Position numbers and translations under genes: made by a program. From Candidatus Thorarchaeota archaeon (GTDB taxonomy: Archaea; Asgardarchaeota; Thorarchaeia; Thorarchaeales; Thorarchaeaceae), in the NCBI GenBank assembly GCA_048884785.1, contig JBHLQM010000021.1:1-47081 (forward strand): 47,081 nt of DNA, read 5' to 3'. Every line of letters starts with the position of its first letter. Position 1 is the stretch's first letter. Below the pieces are notes generated by a model, which saw only the letters and a program-made list of their open reading frames with translations, ran no database searches and was not told the DNA's origin. This document shows positions 27,263-36,918 of the stretch, piece after piece.

Positions 27263-28079
27263 CCCCTATGAATTCGGATAGTGTGTCTTCAAGCTCTTGA
27301 AGAAGAGTCAGTTTGTCGGATATCTCAGGAAATATATCATGCAATGCTCTTGATGCCTGTGTTAATTCCGGCGGGGTTAGGGAGCACATATCTAACACAT
27401 GATCATTTGTCAGGACCGTGTTTGTTGAGCCATCCGCTATGATTTTTCCGTCAGCCATGACTATGGTGCGAGGAAAATGCTCTATCACAAATTCAATGTC
27501 ATGTGTGACACAAATCACTGCACAACCCTTTGAGTTAAGCTCCAGCAGGAGTTCAGACAGGTTCTTTTTCTGATAGGCGTCTTGTCCAATGGTAGGCTCA
27601 TCTAAAACAAGAACATGAGGTTCAGTAGCGAGAACGGATGCAAGAGCGACGCGCTTTCGCTCACCGCCTGAAAGTGAAAAAGGCGAACGTTCAGTCATGC
27701 TCTCTATACCTAGTTTGGATATCGTTCTAGAATACTTCTCTTGTATCGTTTCTAAGGAATAGCCGAGGTTCTTTAGGCCAAAGGTTATCTCTTTCTCAAC
27801 AGTGTCAAGGAATAGCTGATGATCTGGATTTTGCCAGACCAGCCCAACGACCTTCGCAAGCTCAGCCACTGACATTTTTGAAGTGTCATGCCCATTCAGA
27901 AAGACTCTTCCTGCCTGTGGCCGCAGAAGACCATTCATATGTTTAACTAGAGTGGTTTTTCCTGCCCCATTGGCACCCATAATAGCGATTCTTTCTCCCT
28001 CGTCGATTTGAAGGGACACTCCTCTCAGGGCAGGATATATTCCATCATAGGCAAAGTAAATATCGTCAGCAATAATCAA
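27255..28079 (-). CDS. ecfA2: ECF transporter ATPase
   Basis: GANGAGKT, QNPDHQLF, LSGGE and LDEPT motifs. Confidence 0.92.
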   Translation of the reverse strand: MIIADDIYFAYDGIYPALRGVSLQIDEGERIAIMGANGAGKTTLVKHMNGLLRPQAGRVFLNGHDTSKMSVAELAKVVGLVWQNPDHQLFLDTVEKEITFGLKNLGYSLETIQEKYSRTISKLGIESMTERSPFSLSGGERKRVALASVLATEPHVLVLDEPTIGQDAYQKKNLSELLLELNSKGCAVICVTHDIEFVIEHFPRTIVMADGKIIADGSTNTVLTNDHVLDMCSLTPPELTQASRALHDIFPEISDKLTLLQELEDTLSEFIGGG

Positions 28080-28081
28080 AG

Positions 28082-28918
28082 CTAATGCACCTCCTTTACA
28101 AGGAGCGCTAGCTCTTCGCCTGTGAGAGGAATCCGAGGCAGAACAATTCCCTTCTTTTTGAGCCGTTTGTATATCTCTGTTGCTTTGGGTACTCCAATTC
28201 CAATGTCTTCACAGATGTTTAGGGCAAGTGTAGCACGTGGTTCTCCGTCTGCAACAATTGAACCCTTGTCCATAAGTATCACTCTGGAAGCGTTCCTTGA
28301 AACAAGATCAAGACGATGTTCGACCAAGACAACAGTCATACCATTTCTATTCAAGTCAGCAATAATCTTGATAATATTTTCAGCACTCTTGGGATCTAGG
28401 TTGGAGGTTGGCTCGTCGGCAACAAGTATCTTTGGTTTCAGAGCCAAGGTTGCTGCAAGAGCAACCATCTGCTGCTGCCCTCCAGACATCTCATGTGGAT
28501 GCTTATCTCGTAGATGCTCGATGCCTAGAATATCAATCAAGTATTCAACACGTTCTCGAATCTCGACTGGGTCTACACCTAGATTCTCAGGGCCAAAGGC
28601 TATCTCCTTCACGACATTCAAAGTGACCAATTGATTCGATGGGTTTTGAAAGACCATTCCAGCGATTTGAGCCAAATCAGCAACTCTGGCTTCTCGTGTA
28701 TCCCTGCCCTCGACATATACATGTCCAGCAATATATCCTCGATGGAACTGGGGAACGAGTCCGTTAATAGCTCTGCATAAAGTGGTCTTACCGCATCCAG
28801 AAGGACCGGCAACAACAACGTACTCGCCTTTCTCGATTTTTAAATTGATTTTACGCAACGCCAGGGAGTCTGCTCCAAGGTACTTGAAGCTGAAGTCATC
28901 AAACTCCACCAACGCCAC
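28082..28918 (-). CDS. ecfA1: ECF transporter ATPase
   Basis: GPSGCGKT, FQNP, MSGGQ and DEPT motifs. Confidence 0.92.
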   Translation of the reverse strand: MALVEFDDFSFKYLGADSLALRKINLKIEKGEYVVVAGPSGCGKTTLCRAINGLVPQFHRGYIAGHVYVEGRDTREARVADLAQIAGMVFQNPSNQLVTLNVVKEIAFGPENLGVDPVEIRERVEYLIDILGIEHLRDKHPHEMSGGQQQMVALAATLALKPKILVADEPTSNLDPKSAENIIKIIADLNRNGMTVVLVEHRLDLVSRNASRVILMDKGSIVADGEPRATLALNICEDIGIGVPKATEIYKRLKKKGIVLPRIPLTGEELALLVKEVH

Positions 28919-28933
28919 TATTTTGCACCACCT

Positions 28934-29935
28934 TTAATCAGATTCAGATAATCTCTTTTTCCTATCGATTGTTCTTCTTATGAGCTCAACTGCTTCAGAT
29001 AATGCCTTTTCTCGATTCTGGACGCCATTGGCACCAGCGGCATTGGGATGACCGCCTCCTTTCCCTGATATAATTTCTCCAATTGGTTCCATTATATCTG
29101 TGCCTAGATTTACACCTGTTTTCAAGTAGAATTCCTGCGTGCTCCGTGAACTAATTCGAACAACATCCTTGGAGGGTTTTCCACCGACAATTGCAACATC
29201 AGCTCCCAAGTCTATTAGACCCCGACATGCACTTGCTTCGTAGGCTCCTATTTTTGATGTGACAATTATCCAATCATCTATTAATTCGATTTTTACACGA
29301 CCGGCTGCTTTAAGGCGAGCTATCCGCTCAGACCTATCGGGCTGTGTCACCAAGGATTGTAGACAACGGGAATAATTGGCCCCCATTTTCAAGAGATGAA
29401 GAGCAATTTCCATGGTGAGTGAATCAGCATAGAAAAACCTACGAGAGTCAAAAAGAATCCCTGTCAGTAGGAGATTTGCGGATGCCTCAGTTATTGGAAT
29501 ATTAAGTTCCTGATGTAGTTGAACCAATATCTCACATGCAGAGAATCTATCAGATTTCACAAGAGTGTACTTAGCAAAAGAGGAAATGCCTGGATTTTCC
29601 TCATGATGATCAATGACAAGCACCTGTGCTGTACTGGTGGCATAATGTTCGAACTTTGGGCCGAGCTGAAGTGGACTGTTTGTGTCTAGTAGAACTATGA
29701 ATTCAAAATTCTTATTCAATTCCTCGTGAAACTGCACATCTGGTGAGAGTTCAGCAAGCACCTTTGAGGCTAATTTGCTGATATCATCACATGCCAATAC
29801 CGCATTTCCCTTGGGATTAATAGCCTTGTAGAGATGATAAAAAGCAGCCATTGAACAGACTGCATCAGGATCTGCGTTGTGATGTCCGAGAATTAAGACT
29901 TCATCGACATCGGAGAGCAGAGCCTGAATATTCAA
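28934..29935 (-). CDS. DHH-family phosphoesterase
   Basis: GHHNADPDA, DTN, DHH and GGGHPNAAG motifs; probable TTG start overlapping the upstream stop. Confidence 0.92.
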   Translation of the reverse strand: MNIQALLSDVDEVLILGHHNADPDAVCSMAAFYHLYKAINPKGNAVLACDDISKLASKVLAELSPDVQFHEELNKNFEFIVLLDTNSPLQLGPKFEHYATSTAQVLVIDHHEENPGISSFAKYTLVKSDRFSACEILVQLHQELNIPITEASANLLLTGILFDSRRFFYADSLTMEIALHLLKMGANYSRCLQSLVTQPDRSERIARLKAAGRVKIELIDDWIIVTSKIGAYEASACRGLIDLGADVAIVGGKPSKDVVRISSRSTQEFYLKTGVNLGTDIMEPIGEIISGKGGGHPNAAGANGVQNREKALSEAVELIRRTIDRKKRLSESD

Positions 29936-30243
29936 TCCGATTTCAACTCCAATAGTTTTCCCTCCAGCCACTTTGCGCCGTGTTCTGAGGCATTCTCGAT
30001 AATCTCCTCCAAATCTTGGCCGGTATCATACTTCTGGATAATGTCAACATCGATATTGACATTCAATTGCTCGTCCGCAATTTCGAGAACACACGAGATA
30101 GACATTTCTTCAATGCTCTTACTCGGGACAACACTCAGAATATAGTTGCTAATCTCTTGCTCACAGTTCTCGGCGAGCTGCCCAACCTTTTCTTCGTCGA
30201 GTTGGGGAAGTCCAATCTCAACAACTGGCGACATGTTTCTCAC
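29932..30243 (-). CDS. DUF3194-like acidic protein
   Basis: Typical position after prefoldin beta in the archaeal superoperon; VEIGLP motif. Confidence 0.65.
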   Translation of the reverse strand: MRNMSPVVEIGLPQLDEEKVGQLAENCEQEISNYILSVVPSKSIEEMSISCVLEIADEQLNVNIDVDIIQKYDTGQDLEEIIENASEHGAKWLEGKLLELKSD

Positions 30244-30602
30244 TGCAGGGTCAAATTGAGCTTGCCTAGCTCTATCTGGATTTCGTTCTTCATGGTTGTT
30301 AGTTTGGTTTCCAGTTCCGAAGTCTTTCTACCGGTTGATTCCAACCTTCTTTCAAGTGTCGACAAACGGTCATCGAAATCTGTGATGAGTTGAGCCTTAT
30401 CAACTCGAAACATTACAGTTCCCACAGCTTTGTATGTAACTGCATCATCGGGATACTTGCGTAGCTCTTCCAATGTCAGGCGTATCTCACTTAGTTCCTG
30501 CTGAGTCACAAGGTTTTGAGACTTGAAGGACTCGTAAATACGACGCTGGTTCTCATAATTCCGTATTTTATCCTCTAGTGCTGGGGGTAGCTTCTGAGCC
30601 AT
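30240..30602 (-). CDS. pfdB: Prefoldin beta subunit
   Basis: Coiled coils flanking LEEL...DDAVTYKAVGTVMFRVDK. Confidence 0.9.
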   Translation of the reverse strand: MAQKLPPALEDKIRNYENQRRIYESFKSQNLVTQQELSEIRLTLEELRKYPDDAVTYKAVGTVMFRVDKAQLITDFDDRLSTLERRLESTGRKTSELETKLTTMKNEIQIELGKLNLTLQ

Positions 30603-30661
30603 TATTATAACCACCGTCAAAAACTATGACTAATTCAAGTGGTGCGCCACAGGGTTCCCCC

Positions 30662-30937
30662 TTAAGGATTTTGGCCTGTGACCGAATCTACAGTTCTAAT
30701 ACTCCCTGAGATCCAGGCTAGGTACGAGTTCATGGATGCTCGTAGTGCAGTCAAATCATTTGCATCAATAGTCACAATTAGTCTGGAGCCTAGTTTCTCT
30801 AGCTTGACACTTGCTCTATCCGATGGAACTGATGCAGTCTCAGGTTCGAGTGCTTGATAGAGTATGTCTACTAATTCCGGAGAATCGAGATCAATGTGTA
30901 AAACAGCATGCACGTTTTCTATACCTCTGGATTCCAT
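30662..30937 (-). CDS. pcc1: KEOPS complex subunit Pcc1
   Basis: ALEPE...DANDLTALRASMNSYLAW. Confidence 0.9.
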   Translation of the reverse strand: MESRGIENVHAVLHIDLDSPELVDILYQALEPETASVPSDRASVKLEKLGSRLIVTIDANDLTALRASMNSYLAWISGSIRTVDSVTGQNP

Positions 30938-30938
30938 C

Positions 30939-31493
30939 TTACAACCTCCGAATACTGGAAATGCGTATTCTGGGGCCTATCTCTTCCCCATCCGCTGCAT
31001 TGTGGCATGTCCAGAGAATCCTATTATTCAGATTTCGAAGAAACATGAAGGCTTCTCCTGTGGATTCGGTTGATAGCTCTGAAACCTCCTTGATCAAAAT
31101 AAATCCGGTTTCTAGTAGCGACGCCAAATGCCTGGCAAAATCGATTGTGTTTTCATCACTGTCTTCACTAGCTGCAATGAAAGAGAGATTGCTGACTCTA
31201 TTCTTTCTGTTGGGATTGACTTCCTTCATAGGAATCCCACTCTCAATACGAATATCGTAGGTAGTTCGCCCATCAGGCATAACAATCTGCAGGACACCAG
31301 GATTTCCTTTAAATGATGTAATAATAAATGCGGCATTAGCATTTGCTTGGCCTATTCTAGATACTAATTCCGATATGCTCATTCCGCCTCTATTGAATCT
31401 ATGTCCACTAGGTATGACTATAGATAGATCACGTACAAACGCTCGAACTCTGTTGGAAGTTCGGCGGGAGGTTGTTAGCAGAACTGAAGGCAA
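30939..31493 (-). CDS. Brix/Imp4-domain ribosome biogenesis protein
   Basis: LLTTSRRTSNRVRAFVRDL, NRGG and GNPG motifs. Confidence 0.9.
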   Translation of the reverse strand: MPSVLLTTSRRTSNRVRAFVRDLSIVIPSGHRFNRGGMSISELVSRIGQANANAAFIITSFKGNPGVLQIVMPDGRTTYDIRIESGIPMKEVNPNRKNRVSNLSFIAASEDSDENTIDFARHLASLLETGFILIKEVSELSTESTGEAFMFLRNLNNRILWTCHNAADGEEIGPRIRISSIRRL

Positions 31494-31508
31494 TAGTATT
31501 CGCCAGAC

Positions 31509-31880
31509 TTATTCATCTGATAGATCTTCGTCTTCAGGCTCAACATCGGAGTGGTCAATATTTGGAAGAAATTCCAACTCCTCAAGATCTTCTTCATCCC
31601 TGAGTGCTAGAAAGTCACCTGCAACTCGCTGAGCGATAGCTCGCTTGGCTGCTTTCCCTGCATCAGTGTACGGAACGTAAGCACCGCCCGCGAAGAGAAG
31701 ACCACATTTGTTGCATGTCCAAAGACCAGCTGCTTCTCGCTTTAGCGCCCTTGTCGCACAGGCAGGACAACGATGAGGTTCGTTTCTCTTCTTTTCAATA
31801 TCAAGTACTCTTCTTCTGAGCTTGGCTCCATACCTTGGGCCAAATCGACCTGTGCTACCAACTTTCTTCATTCTCGCCAA
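31509..31880 (-). CDS. rpl37ae: 50S ribosomal protein L37ae (eL43) with acidic C-terminal tail
   Basis: KKVGSTGRFGPRYG, CPAC, GLWTCNKC and FAGGAY motifs; probable TTG start after GGAGG. Confidence 0.96.
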   Translation of the reverse strand: MARMKKVGSTGRFGPRYGAKLRRRVLDIEKKRNEPHRCPACATRALKREAAGLWTCNKCGLLFAGGAYVPYTDAGKAAKRAIAQRVAGDFLALRDEEDLEELEFLPNIDHSDVEPEDEDLSDE

Positions 31881-31991
31881 ATTACTGGCCTCCAAGTTAT
31901 CTTAATGCTCCAATTCAATGGCTACATTTGGGCGCTGTCGGAGTCAAACAGTCGCCCACCGGTTTCGCTTATTAGCGTATCTATCGGACAG

Positions 31992-32015
31992 AAAAGAGTG
32001 GGATAAATCCCACTC
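31992..32015 (-). terminator. Hairpin plus U-tract terminator after rrp42
   Basis: Minus strand reads GAGTGGGA-TTTA-TCCCACTC-TTTT. Confidence 0.65.
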
Positions 32016-32030
32016 AGATTTCCATGTCTT

Positions 32031-32855
32031 CTAGATTGATTTTGCGGCTTCCTTTATCAGAGATTGGATATCTCGGGCGCGTTCGATGGAAACACCTATC
32101 GCCCTGTCAATCTCGTCTAGTGTCATAGGACCAATTCCGCCGCCTTTTTGCATTGCAGTCAGATTATCTTTCTCATCTATTGCAACAGTTAGACGAGTAT
32201 TCTGGACCATCTCTTCCTTAAGGTTGGGGTCGGTCACGAGAAAATCGCCAATTTTGGCAAGTGTGACCTCCACAGCCATATTGGCTATTGGAACCGATAG
32301 AATTTTGCCGGTGGGAACTAGCTGCTTTTCCTCGATAGTCATCTCAGGAAACTTGGTTGTTGCCAATGCAGCATTGACTGCAATAGATGATGCATCGATG
32401 AGATTTCCATCGTATTCGAGTGGATACACATCAGCAAAGATTGTGTAGACATACTTCCCTTCTAAAACGCATAGTTTCTTGGTATCTACGGTTTCAGATT
32501 CTCGTACACCTCTATCCACAACTCTCGCGAGCTCGATTGCATCTTCTTTTGGCGGACCCAATTCAAAGAGAGGTGATGCCATTGGCGACATTTCTGCAGT
32601 GACCATTACGAAGCCCTCATCGGGGCTGTCGGGAAATGGTTCACCAACCAGCACTTTTACACCTGCTACAACGCTGGTGTCACCAAGACGAACAAGTGCC
32701 GATCCCTCTGCCTTTGCTGGCACAACACCAACTTCAATTTCAATGGGTCTGAACTCATCGAAAGCTCTTCCATCAATTCTCTGACCCTTGCCAAGCATAT
32801 CACGGATATACTCGTAGTCAATATGACTAATTACTTCAGAACTCCAATCTCCCAT
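32031..32855 (-). CDS. rrp42: Exosome complex component Rrp42
   Basis: RIDGRAFDEFR, AEGSALVRLGDT, ELARVVDRG and DGNLIDA motifs. Confidence 0.96.
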   Translation of the reverse strand: MGDWSSEVISHIDYEYIRDMLGKGQRIDGRAFDEFRPIEIEVGVVPAKAEGSALVRLGDTSVVAGVKVLVGEPFPDSPDEGFVMVTAEMSPMASPLFELGPPKEDAIELARVVDRGVRESETVDTKKLCVLEGKYVYTIFADVYPLEYDGNLIDASSIAVNAALATTKFPEMTIEEKQLVPTGKILSVPIANMAVEVTLAKIGDFLVTDPNLKEEMVQNTRLTVAIDEKDNLTAMQKGGGIGPMTLDEIDRAIGVSIERARDIQSLIKEAAKSI

Positions 32856-32857
32856 GT

Positions 32858-33676
32858 CTACTCATCTCCTGGAATATCAGCTTCCCCAAGGTCATGCTCG
32901 AGGTCATCATCATAGTCATCTTCGTCATCTTCGTCATCTCCTTCATCACCAGGTTTTCTGGCATAAGCAAGTTTCAGAGCGTCTTTTTGTATTTCATGCA
33001 GGTATTTGCATGCATTGATGCCCATTTGAGTTGCTTCTAGTACTTCTTCACGCGTGAAAGAACCGTCTTGCTGAAGTAGCACTATTTCATCTGTCTGAGG
33101 AATGATAGCAAGAGGGATATCGCCTTCACCGTATTTGTCCTCTTCATCACCGAGGTCCACAATGAGGTGGCCATCAGCCTTGCCGACAGCAACCGATGGA
33201 ACGAGGCTCCTCATTGGAATACCGGCATCGGCTAGTGCAAGAGATGCTGCATTGATTGCTGCACACCGAGTTCCACCATCTGCCTGAATGACAGTGATAA
33301 AGACATCAATGACTGCTCTGGGGTATTCTTCAAGGAATATAACTGGAGCAAGTGCATTCGCAATCACCATGGATATCTCCTTCTCACGTCGCGACGGCGC
33401 TGGGCGCTTCCTATCAGGAACGGAGAAAGTGGTCATTCGATAGACTACACGCAAGTATGCGCGGTCATTCAGCGTTAAGTGTCTTGGATGTAGCTCTCTG
33501 GGACCATAAACAGCGGCAATAATGTATGTCTTGCCCTGTCTTATTGATGCGGATCCGTCGGCCTGTTTCAAAACGCCGACCTTCATTTCAACAGGTCTGA
33601 GTTCATCAACTCGACGACCATCTACTCTCAGACCCTCTGGGCTAATAAGAAAGTCTGGTTTGACTTCAGGACTCAT
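32858..33676 (-). CDS. rrp41: Exosome complex exonuclease Rrp41
   Basis: RVDGRRVDELRP, AAVYGPRE, PSRRE, ADGGTR and EEDKYGEGD motifs; acidic tail. Confidence 0.97.
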   Translation of the reverse strand: MSPEVKPDFLISPEGLRVDGRRVDELRPVEMKVGVLKQADGSASIRQGKTYIIAAVYGPRELHPRHLTLNDRAYLRVVYRMTTFSVPDRKRPAPSRREKEISMVIANALAPVIFLEEYPRAVIDVFITVIQADGGTRCAAINAASLALADAGIPMRSLVPSVAVGKADGHLIVDLGDEEDKYGEGDIPLAIIPQTDEIVLLQQDGSFTREEVLEATQMGINACKYLHEIQKDALKLAYARKPGDEGDDEDDEDDYDDDLEHDLGEADIPGDE

Positions 33677-34665
33677 TCTTCACTCACTTCCTTTTCTTCG
33701 ATTATATCTTCATCTTCTTCATCTGCCTTTTCAACCGTCATTTCTTCAGTATCGTCAAGCTTTGATTCCTTTGCTTCGGGTTCTTCAGCAGACTCAATTT
33801 CCTCAACATCAGATTCGGTTTCCATTTCCTCCTCTGGCATTGATTCGAGTTCGGCATCGAGGTCTTCTTCCTCTGGTTCGATATCAGAGTCTTCAATTAA
33901 ATCATCATCAATGTCAGAATCTTCATCATCCAGACTCTCGCCATAATCAGCATCTTCTGTTTCATCATAATCTGTTACTTTGAGTTTTTCAAGCTCTGAT
34001 CTGATCATCTCATGCACACGGTCTGTGAGCTTTGATGTATGTGCCTCAGCCTCAATCATTTTGAATGCCTTCACAGCTAGGCGCATTATGTTAGGATTAC
34101 CCGACCGAATCCAGATGACACCATTCTGTCCCACGACTGTCTGAATGTGCAATGTATCTTTAATCATGTTAATCATTGATCCTCGACGACCAATTACACG
34201 TGGGACTTTTGCAGGACTGATTCTTAGAAGCATTCCACCTTCTAGCTTTCTTAGCCCTCTTCCTTTCATGTGAAGAAACGGGCCACTAACCCTATCAAAG
34301 GCCGACACCTCAGCAACAATAACATCGCCAATGTCCATGTATCTAGATATGTCGTCATCATATGGACGTCTAAGCGCGTTGTTTGCATGTAGCGAAGCCA
34401 AGTAGGGGCCGGATCTTAAATCAACCTTCCAGTTATTTCCTGCAACTATTGTAATTGTACCAATTACGAGGTCGCCCTCATGTGGAATGTAGACCCCTTG
34501 TAACGGGACTACTTTCACTGTATTCCCTCTCAGTTCAGCTAGACCGATTACGGCCGAAAACACTTTATCTCCTGAGCCATAGGAGCCTACAGAGGCTCTG
34601 TATCGACCCTCTGCGAGCAATTGGCCAGGCACGACGATCTCACGCTTTTGGAAATAGACCGCCAT
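33673..34665 (-). CDS. rrp4: Exosome RNA-binding protein Rrp4 with long acidic tail
   Basis: VVPGQ, S1 domain, KH domain KVPRVIGRRGSM, and GQNGVIW. Confidence 0.96.
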   Translation of the reverse strand: MAVYFQKREIVVPGQLLAEGRYRASVGSYGSGDKVFSAVIGLAELRGNTVKVVPLQGVYIPHEGDLVIGTITIVAGNNWKVDLRSGPYLASLHANNALRRPYDDDISRYMDIGDVIVAEVSAFDRVSGPFLHMKGRGLRKLEGGMLLRISPAKVPRVIGRRGSMINMIKDTLHIQTVVGQNGVIWIRSGNPNIMRLAVKAFKMIEAEAHTSKLTDRVHEMIRSELEKLKVTDYDETEDADYGESLDDEDSDIDDDLIEDSDIEPEEEDLDAELESMPEEEMETESDVEEIESAEEPEAKESKLDDTEEMTVEKADEEDEDIIEEKEVSEE

Positions 34666-34760
34666 CAGTCAGCCCTCCGAATTGATTCTTTAATTGCCAT
34701 TATTATTCACTCGTTTAGTTTCACTTTAGTTATACATATGCGATCGTAATGTGTCGACTT

Positions 34761-35492
34761 TTAGCTACGGACCAAATCCAGACGAATCTGGCCCTTTGTC
34801 AACTTATTGAGCTCATCATAGAGCTCCTGTCTCTTGGAAGCAGGAATCTCTACAAGGCCTGTCCAAGACCCATCATTCTCCCACGAATCAGTCTTTATCA
34901 CACCGGCGCTTGCGACCATATTGTAGCCTTTGCCTGCATACGCCGCTGGTATTGTGACCTTAATCTTAACACTCTCAAATGAGATAGGTATCACAACTCT
35001 CAATGCTTTTACAACTGTTGGGACTTGTTCATCAACACTGATGAACGGATCCACTCGAACCTTTGCTTCTCCAATGGCTTGACGTATTCTATCTGGGGGA
35101 TGAGGATGTCCAGTTTGAGGATTCATTGCTTTCTTGGCGATTTCATTGATGATTGCTTCTGTCTTTTCTTCTACTAGCTGGATTCTCTGTTCGTGTGTCA
35201 GCTTGAACTCACCATGCTTGATTATCTCCGGAGCAATATCAAATATGTCAGATGATCCAAACGCGTCCTGAACAATCATATCAGTTGCATGCTCGCCTCG
35301 TTTTGCATCTTCATAGATGTTATAGCTCTTGAGGATATCTTCCATCGGTATGGATTCTCCCCGACGATATTCGAATGCAAGAGAAGGGTCAACAAAGAGC
35401 TCGAATCTAAAATGCCCTTTTGATATTCCTATTACCACTGCATCAAGTTCTAGCCACTTTTCACCAGTCTTTCTCCCAGAACCACCAGTCAT
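34761..35492 (-). CDS. sdo1: Ribosome maturation protein SBDS/Sdo1
   Basis: FELFVDP, NPQTGHPHPPDRI and W.NDGSW motifs. Confidence 0.95.
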   Translation of the reverse strand: MTGGSGRKTGEKWLELDAVVIGISKGHFRFELFVDPSLAFEYRRGESIPMEDILKSYNIYEDAKRGEHATDMIVQDAFGSSDIFDIAPEIIKHGEFKLTHEQRIQLVEEKTEAIINEIAKKAMNPQTGHPHPPDRIRQAIGEAKVRVDPFISVDEQVPTVVKALRVVIPISFESVKIKVTIPAAYAGKGYNMVASAGVIKTDSWENDGSWTGLVEIPASKRQELYDELNKLTKGQIRLDLVRS

Positions 35493-35498
35493 TTAGAT

Positions 35499-36248
35499 TC
35501 ACTCCTCAGATTTCTTGGTGGGATCTTCTGCAGCCAGATATTTCTCAATCTCAGAGTAAGAAAGACGATTGAACTCGCGTGTCTTTGTGGTAATTTGCAC
35601 TATCTCTACATTGAATTTATCAAGGTCAGAATCTGTAGCTTGGCGAAGAGCATCTAATCCCAGTGTTATTGCGCCACCCAGTTTGATTGTGCGTTTGTAA
35701 TGCTTCTCTAGATATTCACCAGCTTGATTACTACCCCTTCCGATAACTGCAGCAAGATATCCCCAGTGATAGCCAACAGGATCTGTCATAAACAATCTGG
35801 GAGTCCCGTCGAAGTCGATTGAGCCAATTAGCATTGCAACGCCGTATGGACGTCCACCTTGTCTTGGATCAAGTGATAGGCGCGTAACTTTCACATTGCA
35901 GATGTGTTCTGCAAGGGCTTCACCAGGAATTGGTTCCTCGAATGTCAGCCAATACGATTGTGCCTTAATTCGAGCCTCTTGTATGAGCTGACGGGCGTCT
36001 GCCATGAAACCTGATGTGGCCACACCAATATGAGTGTCAATCTTTGATATCTTCTCAACACTATCTGGTTCTTGAAGAGGCATCACTCTTTTTTCTGCTA
36101 GAAGGACTATTCCATCTTTTGTCTGAACACCAATTGATGTTGCTCCCTGCTCCACTGCCTTCTTTGCATACTCCGCTGCAAAGATGCGCCCCTCAGGGCT
36201 AAAGATGCCTGTACTATGGTCATAGCCAGCACCTGAAATTCCGAACAT
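35499..36248 (-). CDS. psmA: Proteasome subunit alpha (diverged)
   Basis: GYD...FSPEGR...EYA, EKISKIDTHIG, SGFMADAR and RPYGV motifs. Confidence 0.93.
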   Translation of the reverse strand: MFGISGAGYDHSTGIFSPEGRIFAAEYAKKAVEQGATSIGVQTKDGIVLLAEKRVMPLQEPDSVEKISKIDTHIGVATSGFMADARQLIQEARIKAQSYWLTFEEPIPGEALAEHICNVKVTRLSLDPRQGGRPYGVAMLIGSIDFDGTPRLFMTDPVGYHWGYLAAVIGRGSNQAGEYLEKHYKRTIKLGGAITLGLDALRQATDSDLDKFNVEIVQITTKTREFNRLSYSEIEKYLAAEDPTKKSEE

Positions 36249-36449
36249 AGTAGTATCCTCCAAGCAAATTGCTGTGTGGCTTTAGGAAGTCAGAATGGAC
36301 CAATAGTTAGACTGCCTGACAATTCCTGAAGCCTGACAGGAAATCGCCCAATATTTGCCTATGGCGTTCTGCCATCTAGGCTTGAAGCGACTTACCTTGA
36401 CCTAGACACATAAAGCTTCTGGTGTAGTTCCCTTTTCGAATCTTGAAGC

Positions 36450-36842
36450 CTAATCCTGTAGCAGGTACATGTATGCTACAAATCCTAGAAAGAGAACAAA
36501 ACTCGCAGCTGCAACTTCTGCACCAAACATGAAATATGCAATCAAAACAGACAGGATAAGGAGCAATATAATCTCCATCCATCCAGCTCTTATACGGGTG
36601 AGATAGTGTCGCAGATTAATCACGGTCACTGTAAGAAAGACGAACATTCCAAACATGAAAATGACTTCAAAAATTATTGTTATGTATGGATTGATGTCAT
36701 TCAGAGCCGTTACAGGAGAGCCTCCCTCAAGTCCCGTCCAAGCCCAAAACAACAATCCAAGTATTATGAAAATACTGGTCATGACTACAGTAATGATTGT
36801 AGACCGAATAAGTTCCTCACGAGCTGGAATTTCATCACTCAC
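36450..36842 (-). CDS. Hypothetical membrane protein (about 4 TM)
   Basis: Hydrophobic 130-aa ORF. Confidence 0.7.
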   Translation of the reverse strand: MSDEIPAREELIRSTIITVVMTSIFIILGLLFWAWTGLEGGSPVTALNDINPYITIIFEVIFMFGMFVFLTVTVINLRHYLTRIRAGWMEIILLLILSVLIAYFMFGAEVAAASFVLFLGFVAYMYLLQD

Positions 36843-36918
36843 TGTCGTTCACACCGACCTTGGTTTCGTCGACTCTTACGTATCACACTTAAAGATACCG
36901 ACATAATCAGGAATGTAC

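Noticed and set aside
28122-28634. Long antisense ORFs such as 28122-28634, 33522-33983, 40312-40716 and 42194-42586
   Set aside because: They lie opposite well-supported genes and have no recognisable motifs.
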